Positions 1 to 8,010 of a stretch of DNA of 35,214 nucleotides are shown here, one piece after another (positions within the stretch are counted from its first letter, which is position 1; each line of letters begins with the position of its first letter). A program made the position numbers and the translations under genes. Origin of the DNA: a virus (Duplodnaviria; Caudoviricetes). The stretch covers positions 1 to 35,214 of the IMG/VR virus record IMGVR_UViG_3300020045_002489; one strand, 5' to 3'. A model generated the notes under the pieces. It did not search any database. It was not told the DNA's origin and worked only from the letters and a program-made list of their open reading frames with translations.

Positions 1-180
1 GATACACCAGGAGGAAGCGAAGGAGGGGATTTTTATTGTGTTGGAAAGGCGCAACTCCAAGCCGATAAGAAAGAGATATTGGAGGCAGCAAAACAGGCTC
101 TTTCAGATTGGCTTATGCTTAATGAGATAACGCCGGAAACACAAGAAAAACTAACTAATTTAATCCAAACGGTAGGATAA
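1..180 (+). CDS. Partial hypothetical protein (5' truncated)
   Basis: Frame 1 is open from base 1 to TAA at 178-180 (DTPGGSEGGDFYCVGKAQLQADKKEILEAAKQALSDWLMLNEITPETQEKLTNLIQTVG). Translated by hand; not in the ORF track. Confidence 0.55.
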   Translation, partial: DTPGGSEGGDFYCVGKAQLQADKKEILEAAKQALSDWLMLNEITPETQEKLTNLIQTVG

Positions 181-289
181 CAGCAACGTCCGGTGAAGGA
201 TATAAGCGAAAAGCTGACTGCATGGCTGGGTTTTATTCACTAGATACAGCTATAGGTTATTTTAGGTATAAAATTGAAACTTTGAAACA

Positions 290-544
290 ATGATAATTAC
301 AGGCGAAAAAATTGTGGTAACATACGGAATGATGATTGCATCCGGGATGGTACGGCAAACGCTAAACGGAATGGAGTTTGGGGTTCCAGATGGAAGGGGC
401 AATTTAAAATGGGCTGAGTTAATTGAATTAGATAACGATGATTTTGATGCAATAGAGAACTATTTTTTAAATAAAAAACTAATCAAACTCTTTAGCAGTC
501 TTCCACTCACTCGCTGCGCTCGCAATAAACTAAACTCCTCTTAA
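290..544 (+). CDS. Hypothetical protein, possibly chimeric at the C-terminus
   Basis: 84 aa ORF with an A-rich leader lacking a Shine-Dalgarno sequence. The last ~20 codons run across the compositional break near 480. Confidence 0.45.
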   Translation: MIITGEKIVVTYGMMIASGMVRQTLNGMEFGVPDGRGNLKWAELIELDNDDFDAIENYFLNKKLIKLFSSLPLTRCARNKLNSS

Positions 545-585
545 CTGCTTTACGTTAGTCAACGCACTTTGCTCGGAGCCGGCCC

Positions 586-1212
586 ATGCCCACAACCACC
601 ATTCCTACGCCATCGCTAGAAGCTCCCACGAGTAGCGTACCTGAACTAAGGGAGGTTGCGAAACTTAACTCTAGCGAAGAGCAGGTCTTCCAACTCTTGG
701 CAAGCGGTCTCAATGCCGCCATGGTTGCTAGTGCACTCTCCCTCTCCGAAGGTTACATTTCTCAGCTCCTAGCGCAAAGTGACTTTCGCGATCGGGTAAC
801 TAGTGCAAGGCTAGCGAAGAGTAAAGACTACATTGCTCGCGATGAGAAGCTGGAACTGGCAGAAGCTAAGGCTCTAGACCGGCTCACTCTTTTGTTGCCA
901 ATGATTACAAAACCGGCCGAAGCAGCTAAAGTCTACGCTACTCTCAATGCCGCTAAGCGTACACTCTCCGCTACTCCCACCTCCCAGAATCCCTCTACTG
1001 CTACTGTCGTTCTCAACCTCCCTAAGTCCTCCTCTATTGCCTTTACCCTTACTCACGACACCAATCAAGTGCTTGAAGTAGACGGTAGAAGCATGGCAGC
1101 ACTTCCTGCAAATAAGGTAAAAGAGATGATGACAGAGAAGAGCATGTTGCGACTAGCACAAGGTAAGCTAGCTCAAGCAGCTATTCCTTACCTTAATCCT
1201 GGTGACATCTAA
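586..1212 (+). CDS. Putative terminase small subunit (N-terminal HTH)
   Basis: LNSSEEQVFQLLASGLNAAMVASALSLSEGYISQLL looks like a LuxR-type HTH, followed by helical segments. Lies directly upstream of terL; GGAG precedes the ATG. Confidence 0.7.
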   Translation: MPTTTIPTPSLEAPTSSVPELREVAKLNSSEEQVFQLLASGLNAAMVASALSLSEGYISQLLAQSDFRDRVTSARLAKSKDYIARDEKLELAEAKALDRLTLLLPMITKPAEAAKVYATLNAAKRTLSATPTSQNPSTATVVLNLPKSSSIAFTLTHDTNQVLEVDGRSMAALPANKVKEMMTEKSMLRLAQGKLAQAAIPYLNPGDI

Positions 1213-1217
1213 CTGCT

Positions 1218-2699
1218 ATGGATACCGCAGAAATAGGTACTAGTAGGGATCAAGCCGCCCAAGCATGTAAAGATGATCTCAACTTTCTCGCACAAGTTTG
1301 CCTCCCAGAAGTCTATGAGTTCGAGTTCCCTCCTATTCATTTAGCTGTTTGGCAACTTTTAACTACCGGCTCTCTCGTAGAACGAGGTAAAGACCGCCTA
1401 GCCCTAGGTATTCCACGAGGCTTTGCTAAAACCATCCTACTTAAGCTCTACGTAGTTTGGCTTATCCTCTTCAGTGATCGCAAGTTCATCCTTATTTGCT
1501 GCAACACGCAAGCACTGGCAGAGAATTTCCTCTCTGACGTTTACGATATCCTCACTAGCGACAACATAATCTCTCTCTTTGGAGATTGCCGTACCTTCCT
1601 AGAGCAGGATACCCTCGATCAGAAGAAACTTACATGGCGTGGACGCAATATTGTATTGAAAGCCCTAGGCGCCACTAGTAGTGTTCGCGGTATTAACATT
1701 AAGTTTGTCCGCCCAGATATCATTATCTGCGATGACATGCAATCACGCGAACAAGCAGAGTCTCCAACGGTAGCAGACCAAGTCCTTACCTGGTTTCTAG
1801 GTACTCTTCTTAAACTTAGCTCTCCAAAACGTTGCCAATATATCTTTGTTGGCAATATGTATCCTTTCGATGGCAGCATCCTCAAGAAACTGAAGCATGA
1901 TCCACTCTGGAAAAGCTTTGTTACGGCTGCTATTCTAGAAGATGGAGAGAGTATTTGGCCGCAACTCAAATCTACCCTTGAACTTCTTGAAGAACTAGAG
2001 AGCGATACCGCACTAGGCCACCCTGAAATCTTCTTTAGCGAAGTAATGAATGATGAAGAAGCCGGATCTCGTAGCGGCCTAGACATTACCCTACTAAAAG
2101 AAGTCACTGACAACGATCTACCTACTTTCTACGAGAGCGGCTGCGTAATTATTGATCCTTCCCTCGGCAAGAAGAAGAGTGATGACCTAGTAATTGGAGC
2201 CATCCTTATCTACGAAGGCCAACCCGTAGTACGAGAACTCCTTGTAGGTAAGTGGGATCCTCAGGAAATGAATCGGCAAGCTATTAAACTTGCCCTAAAA
2301 TACCAACTCCCTGTAGTGCTCATTGAAGGCGTAGCTTATCAAGCCACTGCAAGCTTCTGGTTCAACAAAGAGCTAGAATTTCTAGGCATTACGGAAGGCT
2401 TACAAGCAATTCCCATTCATCCGCGTGGATCTAAGGTCTCCCGCATTATTGCTTGCTTCAAAGAGAGCATGTCCGGTAAGATCTCCTTCTACCGAGAAGC
2501 AAAACAACGCTTCGTTCAGCAAGCCCTAATGTTCAATCCTGCCAAGGACAAGAACAAAGATGACATTCTCGATGTGGTAGCATATATTACTCCAGCAATT
2601 GCAGAGTTTCAATATGCTATGCAGCGTCCAATCGTGGATCTCCTCAACTCAGACGATAGCAGTGGATCTTTTAGCGAGCATCTGCAATTAGCGTTCTAA
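1218..2699 (+). CDS. terL: Terminase large subunit
   Basis: Walker A PRGFAKT, Walker B DIIICDD, coupling motif FVGN, and RNase H-like nuclease acidic motifs IIDPS and KDDILD. Confidence 0.95.
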   Translation: MDTAEIGTSRDQAAQACKDDLNFLAQVCLPEVYEFEFPPIHLAVWQLLTTGSLVERGKDRLALGIPRGFAKTILLKLYVVWLILFSDRKFILICCNTQALAENFLSDVYDILTSDNIISLFGDCRTFLEQDTLDQKKLTWRGRNIVLKALGATSSVRGINIKFVRPDIIICDDMQSREQAESPTVADQVLTWFLGTLLKLSSPKRCQYIFVGNMYPFDGSILKKLKHDPLWKSFVTAAILEDGESIWPQLKSTLELLEELESDTALGHPEIFFSEVMNDEEAGSRSGLDITLLKEVTDNDLPTFYESGCVIIDPSLGKKKSDDLVIGAILIYEGQPVVRELLVGKWDPQEMNRQAIKLALKYQLPVVLIEGVAYQATASFWFNKELEFLGITEGLQAIPIHPRGSKVSRIIACFKESMSGKISFYREAKQRFVQQALMFNPAKDKNKDDILDVVAYITPAIAEFQYAMQRPIVDLLNSDDSSGSFSEHLQLAF

Positions 2700-2723
2700 C
2701 CTCCAAAACTCGAAAGTCAAAAC

Positions 2724-4586
2724 ATGGCAATGCCAAGCAAAGATACAAAAGAGCGGCTAGTTAAACTGGCCAACAATGCCTGCACGTTCCTAAGTAGCAA
2801 CTACAATCTACGCGATCAGCTCTTTGCCCGCGACAAAGCCTACTACCGGGAAACTAGCGGAGTAGCAAGCGGGCGTGGCGATACGCAAATAGCAGCTACT
2901 ATGGATCCACTCACCATCCCAGTGGTGATGCCGCAAGTAGAAAGCGCACTTGCCTATCTAGCTGACATTTTCCTAGGCTCTTATCCCATCTTCCCCGTAG
3001 TATCTAAGCCGCAAGTCATGGGTGAAGCTCTCCAAATGGAGACCATCATTCAAGACAATAGCGTTCGTTTTGGCTGGGTGCCTGAGCTTATGCTTGCTAT
3101 GCGAGATGGCCTAAAATACAATCTTGCCTCTGTGGAGATTGAGTGGGAAAGCCGGAAAGCTCCTAAAGTAGTCAACGCTCCTATGGAGGATCTCACGCGA
3201 GGCTCTACACAGGAAACCTACTACGAAGGCAATCGCATTAAGCGACTCAATCCCTACAATACCATCTACGATACCCGCGTACTCCCGCACGAGCAGGCGG
3301 AGAAAGCAGCATTTAACGGCTATGTAGAGTTGTGGACACGAGAGCAACTTAAGAAGTTCTTCGAAGAAGAAGGTGATGAGACATTTAGCGCCACGGAAGC
3401 TTTCGAAAGCGGAGATGCTCAATACTCTACTACCATCTCCTCTACTAACGCTTACTACATTCCAGAAGTAAACCCACAAGCTCTGAAATCTCCAACCCTC
3501 ACATCTACTGATTGGCTAGCTTGGGCAGGTATTTCCACTGCTAATGCTATCAACTACAGTAACATGTATGAGGTTACCAAACTCTACGTTCGCATCATCC
3601 CTAAAGAGTTTGGCATTAAGGCACAAAATCCAGGCCAACTGCACATTTACGAACTCTATATTGTAAATCGTAAAGTCCTGATCTACGCAGAAGAGTATGC
3701 TAGTGTAGACCAAACTTTCCCAATTAAGACGGCACAGCCTCTTGAAGATGGATTGGGTTGGCAAACTAAGAGCTTTGCGGAAAACGCAATCCCCTTCCAA
3801 GCTGCTGCCTCTGCTCTCTACAATTCTGGTATTGCCTCTCAGCGCCGTAAAGTCTACGATCGTCTATTCTATGATCCTTCCATGTTCAACAAGAAGGACA
3901 TGGATAATGTAGACCCAGTAGCCCGTATTCCAGCCAAAGCACAAGCTTATGGCAGGCCACTGCAAAATGGTGTCTTTGCTCTCCAGTACCGAGATGAGAA
4001 CGTAGCAACTATTCTCAGCTTTGCTCGTGACGTTACCGACATGGCTGACATTGCTAACGGGCAAAACCGCGTAGGTAGAGGACAATTCCAGAAGGGCAAT
4101 AAGAGTCGCGCTGAATTCAACGAAGTTATGGACCGCAGTGACGCACGTAACGTCATGATGGCCATGTTCTTCGAGCACCGCTTCTTTGTTCCCATTAAAG
4201 AACTCATCAAACTCAACATCCTTCAATTCCAACTCCCTGCCAATTACTACTCTCCACGCACTAAGCAAGAAGTAATGATTGATCCTGTGCAGCTACGTAA
4301 CTCTAGCGTACAGTTTCAACTAGCTGATGGCATGAGCCCAGTCTCCCGCCTACTTAACTTGGAAGCATTTAACATGGTGGCTAGCATGGCGGCCACGAAC
4401 CCACAAATGAATGCAGAGTATGATATCATGGGTATGCTCATGTACTCATTGCAACTCCAAGGGGCTGGTTGGATTCAAGACTTCAAGCGGACTCCTGAGC
4501 AACTACAGGCGCAACAGCAACAACAGCTAGCGCAAGTAGCAGCACAAACGCAAGCGGAAACACCTCCGCAAGCACCCACAGCGTAA
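2724..4586 (+). CDS. Portal protein
   Basis: 620 aa directly after terL and before scaffold/MCP, with a Gln-rich C-terminal tail typical of podovirus portals. Confidence 0.85.
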   Translation: MAMPSKDTKERLVKLANNACTFLSSNYNLRDQLFARDKAYYRETSGVASGRGDTQIAATMDPLTIPVVMPQVESALAYLADIFLGSYPIFPVVSKPQVMGEALQMETIIQDNSVRFGWVPELMLAMRDGLKYNLASVEIEWESRKAPKVVNAPMEDLTRGSTQETYYEGNRIKRLNPYNTIYDTRVLPHEQAEKAAFNGYVELWTREQLKKFFEEEGDETFSATEAFESGDAQYSTTISSTNAYYIPEVNPQALKSPTLTSTDWLAWAGISTANAINYSNMYEVTKLYVRIIPKEFGIKAQNPGQLHIYELYIVNRKVLIYAEEYASVDQTFPIKTAQPLEDGLGWQTKSFAENAIPFQAAASALYNSGIASQRRKVYDRLFYDPSMFNKKDMDNVDPVARIPAKAQAYGRPLQNGVFALQYRDENVATILSFARDVTDMADIANGQNRVGRGQFQKGNKSRAEFNEVMDRSDARNVMMAMFFEHRFFVPIKELIKLNILQFQLPANYYSPRTKQEVMIDPVQLRNSSVQFQLADGMSPVSRLLNLEAFNMVASMAATNPQMNAEYDIMGMLMYSLQLQGAGWIQDFKRTPEQLQAQQQQQLAQVAAQTQAETPPQAPTA

Positions 4587-4602
4587 AGTAACTAACTAAC
4601 TT

Positions 4603-4818
4603 ATGTCTCTCCACGAGAAACTTCTAGAAGAGCGAGCAAGACTTGCAAATATCCTGCTCTCTCTAACCTACTATGATAACGTAGAAGGCCTATCTCTAAA
4701 TGATCAACTACGTCAACATGCTCACCTAAAAGGGCAGTTTGATGTAGTAACTGGACTCTTGAATGAGTTCTTTCCCACTGCTGAGCAATTGGCAAACCCC
4801 ACTCCTGAAGGCGAATAA
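4603..4818 (+). CDS. Small hypothetical protein (head module)
   Basis: 71 aa helical ORF that fills the gap between portal and scaffold. Confidence 0.7.
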   Translation: MSLHEKLLEERARLANILLSLTYYDNVEGLSLNDQLRQHAHLKGQFDVVTGLLNEFFPTAEQLANPTPEGE

Positions 4819-4823
4819 ACAAA

Positions 4824-5561
4824 ATGGCTAACTTTCTTTCGAATCTCTTTACTCCCGTCCAACGAGTTCAAGAAGCTCCAGCACCGCAAGCTCCACAACC
4901 TGCTACTCCGCTTGCTCCCCAGAATCCTGGCGCTACTAGCCAAGCTATTGAGCAAAGTATGCAGGCCCCTGCGGATAATAGTCTTCCTTTGGATAGCTTT
5001 AAAGATATTTGGCAAACTCCTACTACTAGCTCAGCAACCGCAGATCCCTGGAGCCAGCCAATGGTAACCATGGATCAAGCACAGTTGAGTGACAAAATCA
5101 AAAGTATTGACTTCACTCGCTCAATTGATCCCGCACGAGCGCAAGCCGCCCTGAACGGTGATCCTGCCGCACTGATGGAAATTATCAATGGCGCTACTCG
5201 CAATGCATTCGAAATGTCACTGCAAATGAATGCAGCCTCTTTGAATGCGGCTGGTAATACGATGGGTGAGCGAGTTAAGAGTTACATGCCTGAAGCTTAC
5301 CGAACTGAGCAGCTCAAATCTGCTCCAGTTAGCAACCCTATCCTGGAACATCCTAGCGCACAACCGCTGCTGCAGGCAACCAGGCAACAAATTGCACGCC
5401 AAAATCCGAATCTCTCCGTAGCACAAGTCAATGCGAAAGCAGAACAGTATTTTGCTGACTTCTCCAGTGCTTTTGCTGCGAATACTCCTGAAGCTAAAGC
5501 CGCTAGCCAGCAACAAACAAAGACTGACTCTAGCGGTGACTTCTCCTCTTGGCTTAACTAA
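4824..5561 (+). CDS. Putative capsid scaffolding protein
   Basis: 245 aa, rich in P/Q/A with low complexity and helical segments, immediately upstream of the MCP. Confidence 0.7.
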   Translation: MANFLSNLFTPVQRVQEAPAPQAPQPATPLAPQNPGATSQAIEQSMQAPADNSLPLDSFKDIWQTPTTSSATADPWSQPMVTMDQAQLSDKIKSIDFTRSIDPARAQAALNGDPAALMEIINGATRNAFEMSLQMNAASLNAAGNTMGERVKSYMPEAYRTEQLKSAPVSNPILEHPSAQPLLQATRQQIARQNPNLSVAQVNAKAEQYFADFSSAFAANTPEAKAASQQQTKTDSSGDFSSWLN

Positions 5562-5597
5562 GCCGCTTACTTATCTACTCTTTTAGGACTTTATAAA

Positions 5598-6812
5598 ATG
5601 GCTGTTGGTATTTTTAACACTGGCGTCAATCCTGCTAACCTGCCGGTTGACTCGTTCTCTTCGCTCATCACGAAGCTCTTCCCTAACGGCTCGACTCCTT
5701 TGTATGGCATGACTGCCATGCTTAAAGAAGAAACCGTCTCCAATATCCAGCACGGCTATTTCACCAAAACTATGGTGTTCCCAGCGCTGACCTCTACGGG
5801 TGCTGATGCTTCTGGTGCTACCACGCTGAACGTGGCGGCCACCACGAACATTATCCCTGGCATGATGTTCCGCAATGAAACCAGCGGCGAGCAAGTTGTC
5901 GTTACTTCGGTTCCTAGCGGCACTACTGTTAACGTCAAGCGCGCTGTTGGTACTGTTGCTGCTGCTGCTACGGTCAATGGTGACGTGTGGTACATGTCGG
6001 GCAATGCGTTCGAAGAATCTTCGCTCCGTCCGCAAGCTCTCAACATCATTGCTACGTTTACCAGCAACTACACGCAAATCTTCCGCGATAGCTGGGCTGT
6101 TTCGAATACCAATGCGGCTGTTGCTAACAAGGTTGGCGGCTCTAACGTTTCGGAAAGCAAGGGCGAAGCTGCTGACTTCCATGCTATCAACATGGAAAAG
6201 GCATTGATCTGGGGCCAAAAGTATCTTGGTACTTTGCCTGGTTCGTCGGCTCCTTTCCACACGATGGACGGCCTTGAGAACATTATCCGCACCAATGTTC
6301 CTAGCAACATTGTTCCGCTTGGAGGCGCCGGCACTCCCACTACGTGGACTGCTCTCGAAGCCGCGCTGGATCTTACCTTGGATACGGTCACTGATAGCTC
6401 GCGTGGTAACTCTCGCGTTGTCTTTGCGGGTGGTCAAGCTCTGCGTGCCTTTCACCAAGTGTTCCAAAAGAACAGCGTTTACAACATCGAGGGTCAAACC
6501 AACGCTTACGGTCTGCGCTTTGGCAGCTTCCGTACTCCGCGTGGCGACTTCAACATTGTCCAGCATCCGCTGTTCAATGCTATGGGTCGCACGAGTGCGT
6601 GGGCACGTGCTGCTCTCGTGGTTGACTTGGCTAACTTCTCTTGCGGTTATCTGCGTAAGACGAAACACTTGGAATACAATGCTAACGGCACCCCAGTAGA
6701 TAACGGTATTGACGCACAAGGCGGCACGCTCACCACGGAAATGACCTGCTTGCATAAGCTCCCGCAAGCTAACATGATCCTGAAGAACTTCCTGGCGGGC
6801 GCTGCTGGCTAA
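5598..6812 (+). CDS. Major capsid protein (HK97 fold, DUF5309/SU10-like)
   Basis: Motifs NYTQIFRDSWAVS, MEKALIWG, TMDGL and RTPRGDFNIVQHP. Strong codon bias and an AGGA RBS. Confidence 0.9.
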   Translation: MAVGIFNTGVNPANLPVDSFSSLITKLFPNGSTPLYGMTAMLKEETVSNIQHGYFTKTMVFPALTSTGADASGATTLNVAATTNIIPGMMFRNETSGEQVVVTSVPSGTTVNVKRAVGTVAAAATVNGDVWYMSGNAFEESSLRPQALNIIATFTSNYTQIFRDSWAVSNTNAAVANKVGGSNVSESKGEAADFHAINMEKALIWGQKYLGTLPGSSAPFHTMDGLENIIRTNVPSNIVPLGGAGTPTTWTALEAALDLTLDTVTDSSRGNSRVVFAGGQALRAFHQVFQKNSVYNIEGQTNAYGLRFGSFRTPRGDFNIVQHPLFNAMGRTSAWARAALVVDLANFSCGYLRKTKHLEYNANGTPVDNGIDAQGGTLTTEMTCLHKLPQANMILKNFLAGAAG

Positions 6813-6825
6813 ACTACCTAACTAC

Positions 6826-6873
6826 CTAGCGTTGCATCGCTACTAGAACGGAGAGGGCTTAGATAGCCTCTCC
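6826..6873 (+). promoter_or_regulatory. Two stem-loops downstream of the MCP (mRNA stabiliser or weak terminator)
   Basis: TAGCG-ttgcat-CGCTA and GGAGAgGGCT-tagat-AGCCTCTCC; no immediate U-tract. Confidence 0.4.
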
Positions 6874-6900
6874 TAATATCTACTTTCATAAGGCTAAAAA

Positions 6901-7143
6901 ATGGCACTAACTATTTACAGCGGCGAACCTATCTGCCAATATATGGCATCAACGGGTGAACCAATTCTTTTCGTTAACGGCCGCGCTGATATTCCTAAGC
7001 ACCTGGAAGAAGAACTTACCAAAGTTGCTAAAGAAGTTGGCTCTCCCTTTTCGCTAGTTTCTCGCGGCCTCGAAGTTGATACAAGCATTGCTGAAGAGAT
7101 CAAGCAGTCTGCAGTAGCTGCACTTACTAAGGTTGGAAAGTAA
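6901..7143 (+). CDS. Hypothetical virion-associated protein
   Basis: 80 aa between the MCP and the adaptor, with an AAGG RBS. Confidence 0.7.
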   Translation: MALTIYSGEPICQYMASTGEPILFVNGRADIPKHLEEELTKVAKEVGSPFSLVSRGLEVDTSIAEEIKQSAVAALTKVGK

Positions 7144-7146
7144 CTC

Positions 7147-7716
7147 ATGAACCTGGCCGAACTAACTCAGGAGGTTATCTCCTGGACGGACCGGCCGGAC
7201 CTTACTGGAGCTATCCAGTCTGCAATCCGGCGGGTAACATTATCCCTCCACAGAAAACATGCATTCTGGAGAGACCTCTCCAGCATCACAAAGACCGCGT
7301 TGAATCAAGTTGACTCAGTACCGCTTACTGAATTCACTCGATTCCGCGGTCTTTCGCACGTCGTAGATACTACCAATAGTTGTCCTCTAAGCATCGTACT
7401 TGCAGATGACCTTTGGGATCCACTCTACAAAGCAGAGAAGAAGAATATTGTATTTGCAGCCGGCGCAAACCTCAACATTAAACTAGCCTACCCAAGTACG
7501 AATCTTACCTTCTACTACTTTCAAGATCCTGATATCTCCACAGCCACCTATGCGAGTTGGATTGCAGACACGCAACCGGATGCTATTATCAGCGGTGCAG
7601 TCGCTAGAGTTATGAGTGAACGTGGCGAAACTAGCATTAGTAACGTAGCTATGGCAGCTTATAGAGAAGAAGAAGTAGCGCTACTAGCTGCAAACAATCT
7701 TGTAGAGATTCGATAA
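7147..7716 (+). CDS. Putative head-tail adaptor (T7 gp11-like)
   Basis: 189 aa. The N-terminus MNLAELTQEVISWTDRPDL and C-terminal SWIADTQPDAIISGA match the pattern of podophage adaptors. Confidence 0.7.
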   Translation: MNLAELTQEVISWTDRPDLTGAIQSAIRRVTLSLHRKHAFWRDLSSITKTALNQVDSVPLTEFTRFRGLSHVVDTTNSCPLSIVLADDLWDPLYKAEKKNIVFAAGANLNIKLAYPSTNLTFYYFQDPDISTATYASWIADTQPDAIISGAVARVMSERGETSISNVAMAAYREEEVALLAANNLVEIR

Positions 7717-7719
7717 ATT

Positions 7720-7986
7720 ATGCCAACATCTACCATTCCCCCAAATTACGTAACTCAAAGTGAATTCGGCCGGCTAGTTGAACTGGTCGAAGAAAACACT
7801 ATCATAACTCGCCAACTTGAATCATCTACAGCAGATGTAGTTAGTGCGTTCTCAGCAATGCAAGGTGGCTTCAAAGTACTAGAAACAATTGGTAAACTAG
7901 GTAAGCCCTTTGCAGTGCTTGGAGCAGTTGGAGCGGGTATTGCACTTGCTTGGTTCAAATTTAAGCTTTGGTTCTTTGGCGGCTAG
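7720..7986 (+). CDS. Small membrane protein (holin-like or hemolysin XhlA-like)
   Basis: Coiled-coil N-terminal part plus a single C-terminal TM segment (FAVLGAVGAGIALAWF). Confidence 0.5.
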   Translation: MPTSTIPPNYVTQSEFGRLVELVEENTIITRQLESSTADVVSAFSAMQGGFKVLETIGKLGKPFAVLGAVGAGIALAWFKFKLWFFGG

Positions 7987-8010
7987 TCTTTTTTTTTAGG
8001 AAATTAAACC

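Noticed and set aside
499-523. Cloning vector contamination
   Set aside because: Similarity to the pBR322 origin flank covers only ~19 nt with a mismatch and the flanks do not continue. Kept only as a possible ssi-like motif.
5583-6767. 394 aa antisense ORF opposite the major capsid gene
   Set aside because: Most likely a shadow ORF caused by the MCP's biased codon usage. There is no RBS or recognisable motif and the composition is Arg/Ser-rich.
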